Part shown: positions 52,940-64,000 of the stretch, in pieces
Layout: each line of letters opens with the position of its first letter
Numbering within the stretch: the stretch's first letter is position 1
NCBI RefSeq assembly: GCF_009914755.1
Contig: NC_060930.1
Direction: 5' to 3' (one strand)
From: the human T2T-CHM13v2.0 reference genome, Homo sapiens
DNA length: 64,000 nucleotides
The notes under the pieces: generated by a model
Databases searched by the model: none
What the model saw: the letters and a program-made list of their open reading frames with translations, nothing else
What the model was told of the DNA's origin: nothing
Position numbers and translations under genes: made by a program

Positions 52940-54860
52940 CCTAACGACAACCCTCTGCGACTCCCCTGCTGATCAAATGGGGTGAGGAGAGAGAGGCGGA
53001 CGGGGGAGGGCATTGGGAGCGAGCACTGGACTGGACGAAGAGCAGCTTCCCCGCCCTGCGGACGGTGCACAGGTCTGGCCCCCGCCGTCCTCCTGAGCCA
53101 CCTCCCTGACCCTAGGTCGTCGGCGGCGTCTGTCCTTCCCACACCCAGACTGAAAACGCTGCACCTGAGTTTTGATTTGGGGAAGTAGAATTGTCTGGTC
53201 AGAGCAGAAGGGTTGCAAATGAAGGAGTGGAAAAATCATGTTGCTACAAGATATTTTACCCTTTAAAAAAAGTCTTGATTTTCCCAGTGGACAATGTAAA
53301 ATAAAGTTTTAAAATCTCCCCCAAATTAGTAACGAAGGTGGCAAGCCGTGGGCGGGGGGAGGGGAGGGAAGGAGGGTAGAGCAGCCCTCGAAATACAAGC
53401 TTGCGGGGCTGGAAGTCCGGGGCCAGGGTTCTGGGAGTCCAAACCAGAAGCCACTCTCCTTCAGCACAGCCTTTCAGCCGAGAGGGGGCTGACGCCTGCC
53501 GCAGCCGGTTCCGAGGGGGCTGCGATGGGCCGGGAAGGGGCGACTGGGCCTTTGCCCGAACAGACCAGGACATTCCCTTCCTTCTTCCCTAAGGGTTTTC
53601 AGCTCCAGTAACAGAGGTGCCTGAAATGGGAGATCTGCGGGGACCAGGCCGGGACTCCCTGGCTCCGAGGCCGGGACGTGGCGCGCCCTCCGCTCCTCGG
53701 TCACCCTCTGCTTTTTCGAAGGTCCGTAATGCGTGAGTGTGGGTGGTCCAAGGTTCAGGGCCTCCTTCCAGTAAGTACTTTTAGAAGCTAGTTCCCCCAC
53801 TTCCCATCCGTTGCGGGGCTTGACAACTAGACGAGGGGAGTGAGTAAAGGTGCCACAACTTTGCTTACCGTAAAATGGGTTAATACTCGCCGGGGCCCAA
53901 AAGGCTGAGTCGCCCCGCACGCCTTGCTTCGTGGAGTCTCTTTTCGACCCCCGCCACCGCAGCTCAGTTCCTCGGATTGAGCCCTGAACCCGAGAAGGAG
54001 CAGGCCCGGAGCTCAGGAGGGCAGGCACACGGATTTCTTTCTGAGGGCTGACTACCATCGCCCACCCCAGACTTGTACGGAAGGAGAGAGTAAAGGAGTC
54101 GCCGCCTGGCCAAGGCTGCAGCAGCCTACAGAGGCTCAGCCGGAGACGCACCATGACCTTGGCCCTGGCCGAGACCCCTTTCGGAGGGCTCAGACCGGCG
54201 AGGAGCCGGAGCGAGCGACCCTGCTGCGGTGGCTCGGGCTGCGCTCTCTCGGGCCACACCCCGCGCCCTCGCGGCTGGGGCGGGCTGCGCCGCGGAGGCG
54301 GGGATCGTTCTCCGGCAACAGGTGCGTCCCAAGGCAGGCAGGCTACTTCCCTCCAAGCCTGTCTTGGCTCTGAGAAGAGCCTGGAGTTTCTCAGCCTTCC
54401 TACAACATATGAAAACAGCGGGTCGGCGCGTGGACCGGGGCAGAAGAGCCGTCCTGCTGTACCCGCGCGCCCAGGGCGCTCCGCGGGGACCGCGCACTCG
54501 GGAAGCTGTGCTGTGCTCAACACCCCCCTGTGCCTCCCAGATCACCAGGGATCGTCTCTTACCTGACACCCAGTGCGCGCCGCTCGGTGCCCGACGCCCA
54601 CTGCTCCGCAGCCTTAGCCACCGAGTTCCTCTCCAGCAGCTGCCGGCTCTGCCTGAGGCCGCGGCGATTTTGGCTCAGGAGCGAACCCCCACCCCCACCC
54701 CCGCAAGAGTCCAGTAGCAAATGTCGCTAGCTGACCTGCCGAAGAGCTACTGTGAGAGGCAGGTCAATCAGCAACGTCCAGGGGCTCCTCTCGCTCATCA
54801 AGCAGCAAACTTGACCAGCAGAAACTTTGGCCGAGACCGAAAGGCGGGAGGCTGCCCTGT
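52940..54860. promoter_or_regulatory. Upstream CpG island 2
   Basis: GC-rich, dense CpG 53.4-54.7 kb. Confidence 0.8.
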
Positions 54861-55106
54861 GGGCTTCACCTTTCAACCCAACCACCCTCCAAGACAAAAC
54901 AGAACAAAAAAAGGAAACCTAAACATTTCTAACTATGTTTCCTCATGTGCAAACAAGGAATAGCCTAAAAATTAGTTGACCACGCGGAGAAACTTCTCAA
55001 AAAGTGCATTCTTTAGCAGAGTAGAACGATAACTTCACAACAATAGCAGTGGGGGTCCGGTCACCAGGGCCGTTAGGTTGATCAAAGAAGCCAGTACCAA
55101 AAAAGA

Positions 55107-55109
55107 AAA

Positions 55110-55145
<36 letters not shown>

Positions 55146-55146
55146 A
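55107..55146. repeat. (AAAT)n microsatellite
   Basis: Directly visible. Confidence 0.95.
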
Positions 55147-58100
55147 AGACCAAAAAAATTTAAATATCAACATAAATCGCAGTCAAGCAGGAATAATCTC
55201 TTCCTGCAGCAGCGCATCCCGAGTGATAGTGTTTGGCTTAGGGCACGGAACCCTGAGCCCCTAGATTGGGAGATGCCAAAATCAGAATTCCAGCAATTAA
55301 ATAGGTGATACAAGGGCCAGAGAAGATGGATCTGGACAGACTGACTAAAGCGATTCCATTTTCTGGGTTTCCCCATATTTTAAATAACATCTTGAAAACT
55401 TACTGATCTGTCCAGTCTTCCTCCTCATCTTATTAAAATCCAGTTTTCATACGGGGAAAATAGCAGAAGTGGAAGGGCAGCAGAATTTTATGAGCTGGTA
55501 GTAACTGCTTTTCACAATGTTGGATGTGAGGCTGGAAGATGCCAGGCAGTCCCAGAATAGCACAAAATGATGAGGTGCTAATTATGTGAATATATAGACA
55601 AGTTAATACACTGGCAGAACTAGAAGTTTGATTTTAATGATGCATAAGCACCAAGGCTGGCTAGAACTTACAAATTCATTATAATTATTTAAAGACTCAC
55701 GAAAGTCAAAGGAAATATGAAGTTCTGGGCTTCATTTATAGGATTTAGCTCAATTAGTGAGCATCCTTCAGTACTCTTTTTTTTTTTCCTTTCTAGTAAC
55801 ATCTGCTCAATTGCCAAAACCTCAACCGAGTTTTCCTCCTGTAGAAAGCCAATAAATGGAAAATAATTTTTTTCTCAAGATTGAAATGTTTGGGTTGATT
55901 TAAATATCACTGGTGATCAATTACATAAACTGATGAGTTATATTAAACTTTGCATACTTATATGCACATTCTTGGCATGTGCCCTGACATTCTGGATTTG
56001 TGGCTCCATTAATACCAATACTTTAAGAACCACTAAGCAGATGATTTTTTAACAGTATGTTATTGTTATTAACTTATTTCTTTTATGAATTGATAGTTAC
56101 AGCCACCGTATACAATTTGATATCTCAATATAAAAACACAGAATACTAATTCTACTTTTTGCTTTTGGAGGTTATTTGATCATCTCCTGGCTATATTCTA
56201 TTAGATAGTTAAACACATATTGCTGTATTCTTTGCTGAAGTGCTTAAGGAATTTAGTTTTATTTTAGAGTTATCTTATGTAGCATATGTATACCTCATTT
56301 TGACTTCAGTAATATTCAGATTTATGCACACACAAAGTATATAAGTAAATAGATACCACAAAGAGATTAGAATATAGGTATAGCATCTAACTATAAAGGA
56401 ACAGCAGATAAAATGAATGTTTACACCTATGACAACAATTTATTACACTGCTTTTTTATTATAGGTACCTATACATGTAAGTTCTGAAGTTTATATGTAT
56501 ATTAGCATAGAGTCAAATACATTAAAATATTTCCTTGAAGTCTTTGGGTTCTAAATAAAAATAAATAAATTATTTTCAGATGCTGTCTAATGAAGACAAT
56601 GGAAAACATATTAAATATCTGTTTATAAGTAACGTTGGATTTGAAATCTTCTCACATTGGCTTGACTCCTAACAAATATAGATTTACAAATCTTATTTTG
56701 AGAAAATTGTAAATAAGATTCTGCTACTGAATCTTGAAAAATAAAAATGGCAATTTTCTAAAATCAGCCTTTCAATGGTTGATTCATTTTATATACCATT
56801 TGTGGTATGGACCAGGTGGATTTTGCTTCATCATTTCTGAAAACAAATGAAAATGTAATAAATTGTACTTTCTCATTAGTGCATTGTATTTTTCTATCTA
56901 TAGATATGGTTTTGGTTTGCATAACACCAACAGCCTGAATGTAAACGATATAAAACCCAATTATCACTGTTTACAATATTGACTAAATTTTCATTTTCAT
57001 TTTTACATCATATTATAATATATACTAAAATTAAAACAATTGCCCAAGTAATTTAAGTGTTAGGTCCTGTTTTTCTTTTATTTTGCAGGGCAGAGGGGAG
57101 GAGGAAGATAGGGAGAGAGGAAGCAGGCTGGAAACAAATTTTCACTTAACATTTCTAGATATTTATCATTTTATATTTTACTTGCAGACCAGGCTGAATC
57201 TCCTGTTTAACAATTGAAATATATTCTCAACAGTACTATCAAGAGCTGTTAGTAAAAGCTTCTTATAAATTTGAGCTACGTCAATTTTTAGAACAAAATA
57301 ATAATGGAAATTAATATTTTTACATAATATGATATCATTTAAGGTATTCATGAAAGAAAGTTGATAATTTTCCAGGTCTTTTTTTTCTAGTGATTGTGAT
57401 CGTTCCATCCTATAATGCTTGGTAGTAAAGAAATAGCAGAATACTGGAGCATTTGTCCACGGAAGTGAATATTTCAGTTAGATAACCTTAAAAGAACTTT
57501 GGTTTTTTTCTTCATTTTATTATGGCAAGTGTGATACATTTGAGTAGACTTTTAGAAAAATAAAACTTTATAATGAGGGTGAAAAGAAAGAAGGAGGAAT
57601 AGAAAACACTATGCACGTATCCTTAGCTTGTAATATATAAATTTAATCCTACCCTTAAGTGCATTTTATGGAGTTGTTTGTGCAAAAGCACTTGCAAAAT
57701 ATATGTTAACTTTATAGATGCATGGAAATTGTAATGTTGATTCTAACATTTTAATAAAGAACCCATTTGTGGCCGTTTTCCAAAGGCAAATGTATAGCAA
57801 GTTTGTCAATCATGTTTAAATACCCTATGGATTCTGTGGCACTGTCATTCACCATTCATACACCCTCCAATATGTTGAACCAGTCAAATTGCCTGAGATA
57901 AAGCTGTGAGAAGAATGAAAACACTGAGTAATCCTTCAGGGATGGTACTCCTGAGTATAAGGACAGCTCAGAAACTGTGCTGCAGAGGCAAAGTGAAAAA
58001 CTGAGAATACCATCAGACTGAAACCCTGCTAGAAATAGAATCAGAATAAAAGAAATAAAATAGAAGAAATACAATAGAATAGAAATAGAATTTTTAAAGT

Positions 58101-59089
58101 GAATACTGTGGATAGCCTAATGTTGTGGAACAGTGTTCTCAAATAAGTTCTTAATTTCCTCTGTTGCTAAAAAGAAAAAAGAAAGCTTTAACTCTATATT
58201 GAGGGACAATTAAAGTGGCCTCATAGTTGTTCATCATGCAAAAATGCATCTACTTAAATAAGAATGCAATACTAGAAATCTGTATTCAGAAAAAGACAAC
58301 TCTCATTTGATTGACATAGATCTCTAAGCCTATTATTAATTATTTCCAGAGAAAAATTTGTTTTCTCTGGGGAAAGCTTTTATATGTGATTTATTTGCCT
58401 GAGAGGAAATCAGATGCTGTTATGTGTATAATTTCAAGTATACTCGCTACAATTGTTCTATCTCTTCATCTGCGTCAAAGTTTTACCTCTCATGAAAGTA
58501 AAGCAGGGGATAATAGCTCTTTTGCTCCCATTAGACATATTAATTGAAGTAATTGCATTAAATGAGAAGTAATGCCTTTGGGAAGGTAATGCCAAGAACA
58601 GACACCCAATAGAAAAGTGTTGCCAAAGGTATGTATGGGAGGAAAGATATGGGCCAAGAGCATATAACAAACTCAACTCAAAAGTTTAAGTAGCTGTAGG
58701 AACTAAAAACTAGTAAGCATAGGCCTACGCAGCTTGGAGTTGTAAACATTTTAAAGATAGGTCTATAGTAACAAGGGCATAGTTCCTCTCTGTTGTGGTG
58801 TCTCACATGTCCCTGTTTGGGAAAGACACCAACAACCATGGGAACAAAATTAACATCAGCACAAAAATATTGCATATGTTTCTTTAATAAGTTGTCTGCT
58901 GGCTAAAGCTTACAAATACCCTGGGATCATAGAAAAGATGAGCTCTTGGAGAGATATAAACTATTTTTTTGATAACTCCTATGTTGTAAACATAGAGATG
59001 TCACTTCTGCACTGGAGGAGCACCCTCCCTATAGTATGAAGGGCAGAGGCAGATATTAGAGAAAGAAAGACTTCACAACCCATCAGAAT

Positions 59090-60560
59090 TTCCAGATAGG
59101 ATTTACTAGTTACCAGGTATGCACACTTTCACAAGTTTCTTGCCATTTCTGAATCTTCGCTTTGTCATCTGCACAATGAAAGTAATGATACTTGTGACAT
59201 ATACCATTGTGAGGATTAAATAAAAGAGTTTTGCAAGGTGTTTGTAAGCTATTCACCTAGATGGATCAGACATAAATTTCAAGAGCAAAATTTTAAAACA
59301 TTTAATAAAAAATAAATTTATTTATAATCTTGAAATAGAGATGGATTTATTCAATTAGGCAAAACCAGAACTATCTATAAGAGAAAAAGATTGACGAGTG
59401 TGACTACATAAAATAATGATACTTTATCAAAACACACTGAAAGACTGTGAATAGTGAATAGTTATTTTTAAACTTGGAAATTATCTTTGTAGCACAACAG
59501 TATTCCACAGGCCTTTCTAGTAGGAATATAAACTGTCATAGCCAGTTTGGAAAACAGCTTGATATTGTCTTGTAAAATTTAACATTCATGTACTATATGA
59601 CCCCAAAATTCTACTCCTAGCTTGTACGCCTCCACCTCAAACTCTTGAATCTACATACCTAAAGACATATACTGCAATAGAATGTTCATAGTATCACTAT
59701 TCACAATAATAAATAGTTGTTGACAGGGAAATACATAAGTAAATTAAAGCACATGCACAGAATTATTCAGCAGATTAAGTGAATGAACCATAGCTCCATG
59801 CAAAAATATGAATAAATCCTATTAAGAAAAAATTAAGAGAAATAATGAGAGTCCCAAAAGGTTACATGGAGAATGATAACAAATTTTGTAAGGTTAAAAG
59901 CAACTAAAACAAAGCAATATACTTATTAATATATTACTGTATTAGTCCATTCTCATGCTGCTGTGAAGATATACCTGAGGCTGGATAATTTATAAAGAAA
60001 AGAGGTTTAATTGATTCACAGCTCTGCTGGGGAGGCCTCAGGAACCTTGCAACCACGGTGGAAGTTACCTCTTCACCGGGCGGCAGGAGAGAGAATGAGC
60101 GCAAGCGGGAGAAACGCCAGACGCATATAAAACCATCAGATCTTGTGAGATTCACTCATTATCACAAGAACAGCATGGGAGAAACCGGCTCCATGACTCA
60201 CGTACCTCCACCTGGTCCCGCCCTTGACACATGGGGATTATGAGGGAATTCCAATTCAAGGTGAGATTTGGGTGGGGACACAGAGCTAAACTGTATAATA
60301 CATATTAAGCATATACTTAATATACTTATTAAGATTACACAGAGAAGTGGAAAAGCTACATTTAAAAAAGAAAAAGCAAGCAAGGAAGAGAAGAATCAGC
60401 ATAGATTCAGGATAGGAGCTACTTCAAGTGAAGGAGGAGGGGTATAGGATGGGAGAGAACCACACAGAGTTATAAAAGTTATAATCAAGGCTTCAGTTTC
60501 TGGATTGGGATGGGCGTTCACAGGTGTTCATTATATTATTCAAAATAGACACAAACATGA
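59090..60560 (+). mobile_element. MIR remnant then L1ME-like 3' fragments (interrupted by THE1)
   Basis: gtcatctgcacaatgaaag...tgtgaggattaaat; tatgaccccaaaattctactcctag, gaatgttcatagtatcactattcacaata. Confidence 0.6.
59938..60298 (-). mobile_element. THE1 (C/D) solo LTR
   Basis: tgtattagtccattctcatgctgct...aaaaccatcagatcttgtgaga...gagatttgggtggggacacagagc. Confidence 0.9.
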
Positions 60561-60588
60561 ATGGACCAATGATAAAAGTACTTTCTAG

Positions 60589-60883
60589 GGCCGAGTACAG
60601 TAGCTCACGCCTGTAATCCCAGCACTTTGGGAGGACAAGGCGGGTGGATCACGAGGTCAGGAGTTCGAGACCAGTCTGACCAATATTGTAAAACCCCATC
60701 TCTATTAAAAATACAAAAATTAGCCCAGCATGGTGGCACCCTTCTGTAATCTCAGCTATTCAAGAGGCTGAGGCAGGACAATTGCTTGAACCTGGGAGAC
60801 GGAGGTTGCGGTGAGCCGAGATTGCACCACTGCACTCCAGTCTGGGCAACAGAGTGAGACTCTGTCTCAAAAAGAAAAAAAAA
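60589..60883 (+). mobile_element. AluSg/Sc-like
   Basis: Full dimer, ggatcacgaggtcagg. Confidence 0.95.
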
Positions 60884-61283
60884 GGCGGGGGGAGGTCTAA
60901 TATGTGTTCACTTGTAAAATAATCAATGAAATGAAGATAACTCTTTGTTCTCTCTAATTAGATAGAGGATAGAAGTTGAAAAAGCTAATCCATCATGCCC
61001 ACCACAGTTTACTCCTTTGGTTATCTGATATCTGTGTACACCTCCTATCCATAGCTGAACTTCCAAATAGCAACTATTACAATAAAAACACACTTGCATC
61101 TGACATAACTCAATTACCACTCATAAAAATAAATGAACAACAGTAACAAAATTATACTTACTGGGAAACTTAATATTCTACCACTCACTAAGTCTATCAC
61201 TGAGTAATTTTTATTCTTCTTCTAATTTAGTCAATTCTACTTCATATAAGGCATTCTATAGATTAAGTTATTCATTTAGATAC

Positions 61284-61445
61284 AACCAGGAATGGCAGTG
61301 CACACCTGTAGTCCCAGCTAGTTGAGAAGCTAAGGTGGCAGGATCCCTTGAGTCCAGGAGTTTGAGGCCGCAGTGAGCTATGTGTGATCACAGCAGTGTA
61401 CTCCAGCCTGAGTCACAAAGCCAGATTTCATCTCTAAAAGAAATT
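61284..61445 (+). mobile_element. Alu right-monomer fragment (FRAM/AluJ)
   Basis: cctgtagtcccagcta...ggatcccttgagtccaggagtttgaggccgcagtgagct. Confidence 0.8.
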
Positions 61446-61569
61446 TTAAAAATACACACACACACACATGAAGACAACTTATGCGAAATAGTGGATGAAC
61501 AACAGAAGAGAAAAAAGGAAATGAGTTAATATATATTCATATATATCATATATATTTAACACAGTATGA

Positions 61570-62035
61570 AAAAGTATGGGCAACTGTTAATGAATGTATA
61601 GTTATAGTTTTAAATTTCTTTGCTCTACTATCTGTTTCCTATTCCCTTTGTCTTTTGCTAACATCTCAACTGACCAGGCTTCTCGGTGAAGTAAGTCAAG
61701 CTAACATTCCGTGGTAGTCCTGCATGTAAAATGTTGCTATGATCATCCAGGAACTTTTACTAGTGATTAGAAAGTAGTAGCATGTCCCCAGATGAGCTCC
61801 TGTATTGCAGATATACTCTCCTTTACCCACTTTTCTGTAGCAAAACTATTTTTTCTTGATATTTAGTATAAAAATAACTTCAGCCAACATAACAATATAC
61901 TTTTTTTCTCCTTTTGGTTGAGTGGTGTGAAAAACCCAAAATGGCCAGATGGTAGTCTCAACTTCCAGTTTATTAGAAGTAAATGTGTGTCTTCCTGTGG
62001 AAGCATTTCTTCCTTGGTAACTAGGACTGTTAACT
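61570..62035 (-). mobile_element. ERVL internal fragment (dUTPase-like region)
   Basis: ggtagtctcaacttccagtt...tggaagcatttcttccttggtaactaggac. Confidence 0.55.
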
Positions 62036-62077
62036 AGTAATGGAAACTAGTACTGGAAACTAGCAATGAGGATGGTG

Positions 62078-62475
62078 TGACAGAGACCGATAGCAGGCTA
62101 CCAAAACCTTTTCACCCCTTCCTGGCTTCCAGATGTTCTTACTCTTAGAAGCAGCCCTGTGAGTTATTGGTGATAGATGTGAGTGGAAGTTCTAAGCAGT
62201 CTAGGAGTTAAGATACAGGGCATGCCTCTTTCACATTTTCTTCCTTCTGTCTACTATCTGATCACACTTGAACCATGCAGATCATGAGGACACGTTAGGT
62301 CTTCGGAAAACAATAACTTAGATTCTAGGCTCCCCACTTATAGTGTAGAGCAGAACTGCCTTCAAGACTTGGACTTTTACTGTTGAAACTATCACATGGA
62401 CAAGAATGAAATTCCCTTGTTCTGTAAGTCATTTTATTTTTGGCTTTCTTCATTAGAGCAACCTTGCCTATATAA
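62078..62475 (+). mobile_element. Old MLT1-type LTR
   Basis: gatgtgagtggaagt...agagcagaactgcc...tggacaagaatgaaattcccttgttctgtaagtcatt. Confidence 0.5.
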
Positions 62476-63294
62476 CAATCTTATCCTATTTTATTTTTTG
62501 TTTTCTTTTGCTTTTTTTTTAAGCAATCTTACCTTATGTAGATACACATCAAACATTTTCAAGTGGGTCACTAAATATAATAATGAGACATGCTAGATGG
62601 ACTAAATCATGTCAGAGAGCTAAATAATCTAGGCAAATGTGAACTTCTGCCTTTTCCACAAATGTGGACTTCTGCCTTTTTCAGGTGAAAGTAAACTGTG
62701 TTCTCTGCTTAGTTGGATTTAAAAAAAATTTACAAAATTGATAACCATTATTAAGACCAGTGGAAAGGCCACACTGTTATGCTACTATGAGATATAACAT
62801 GTGGAAATGGTTATACTTCCAAGAAGTTTGGCAAGGTCATTCTAGTCCCAAGTGTGAAGTAGTCTGCAGATGACTAGGTTTAAGGCTTGGCACCAATAAG
62901 CACTCTGAATAAAATGTGAGTAGCACATATACCCTACTATGATTAGCTTGTCACATATTGTCAACAAACCTTAGCAGAAAGAGACAGGCTGAGGAATGTT
63001 TGGTGAACATGGCTTCTTTTGTCTCCTCTGTTCTTCACAGGTGACATGCTAAGATTGGTGGTGATAATATTCAGCCTGTACAGGGAACGGCCCTTGTCTT
63101 GTCTTTAAGCCCCAAGCAGAGGTTTACTTAGCCTCATACCTTTGACCACAGCACCTTGAAACTTCAGGATATTGACGTGATGTGCGTTGTCTCATCTTGC
63201 ACCTAATATCTGGGTTTTGGATCCAGTTTCTTACTGGACTACCAGTATCATCCTGATACAATGTTCACAGGTTATTTCATAAGGGCTAGAAATA

Positions 63295-63753
63295 ACTCAT
63301 TCACTAAAAATATTTATTAAGCAACTGCATCATGCCAGGTATTATTATAGGCACAGAGAGTTTTTAAATGAGCAAAATAACCTCATTCCTTCCCTTGATT
63401 GCCTTGAATTATAAGGGAAACACATAAATGAGCAAAATGCACGTTGTATCAGATGATGACAATTGTTACAGAAAAAATAAGGAAGGAAGGAAGGAAGGAA
63501 GTAGAGGGTACTGAGGAAGGAGAAATGGGATGCTGGTAGTGGCAACAGTAAATAATGGAGAGGAAGATGTCCAGGAAGTCGATTTTTCATTAAAACCTGC
63601 AGGAGGCAAAAGACCAAGTAATTTAGAGACCCAGAGAAAAAATGTTTCCGGCAGAGAGGTCAGCGGATACAAAGAGGCTCTGAAGTAGGTGCAATCCTGC
63701 ATGTTAGAGAAATAGTGAGGCCAATGTGGCTGAAGTAGGGTGAAAGAAAGAGT
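63295..63753 (-). mobile_element. L2 3' end
   Basis: cattcactaaaaatatttattaagcaact...atgccagg; gaaatagtgaggccaatgtggctgaag. Confidence 0.65.
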
Positions 63754-64000
63754 AGCCTGGGCGCGGTGGCTCACGCCTGTAATCCCAGCACTTTGGGAGG
63801 ACGAGGCGGGTGGATCGCGAGGTCAGGAGATCGAGACCATCCTGGCTAACATGGTGAAACCTTGTCTCTACTAAAAAATACAAAAAAAATTAGCCGGGCG
63901 TGGTGGTGGGCTCCTATAGTCCCAGCTACTTGGGTGGCTGAGCCAGGAGAATGGCTTGAACCCGGGAGGCGGAGCTTGCAGCGAGCCGAGATCGCGCCAC
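63754..64000 (+). mobile_element. AluY (cut by window end)
   Basis: gagatcgagaccatcctggctaac, gcggagcttgca; many CpG retained. Confidence 0.95.

Noticed and set aside
53474-54523. 349-aa minus-strand ORF upstream of OLIG3
   Set aside because: Starts at GTG, Pro/Arg/Gly-rich, no recognisable domain; expected stop-codon scarcity in a CpG island

Overview
Primate (human-like) genomic DNA containing one protein-coding gene: the intronless bHLH transcription factor OLIG3 (minus strand, CDS 50616-49798, 272 aa; human OLIG3 maps to 6q23.3). It has a canonical TATA box at 50866-50872 and an AATAAA signal at 48664-48669, implying an mRNA of about 2.2 kb. The gene lies in a ~17.5 kb block (about 41.4-59 kb) free of Alu, L1 and LTR insertions, with a chain of CpG islands, typical of a developmental regulator. 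The rest is gene-desert DNA dense in Alu, L1, L2, MIR, MaLR/ERV LTRs and DNA transposons, with a few unique motif-rich islands that may be enhancers. No RNA genes, CRISPR arrays or other convincing CDS were found, and I cannot demonstrate a new biological system. The most unusual signals are (i) three local templated-insertion or template-switch scars (9.7, 14.0 and 25.8 kb) with readable junctions; (ii) a unique ~100 bp element at 30.3 kb with two interleaved perfect 10-bp inverted repeats (pseudoknot topology) overlapping TCF/MEIS/SOX motifs; and (iii) two rearranged Alus (a trimer and a chimera). Repeat subfamily names are from recognition by eye, and boundaries are approximate unless a TSD is quoted.
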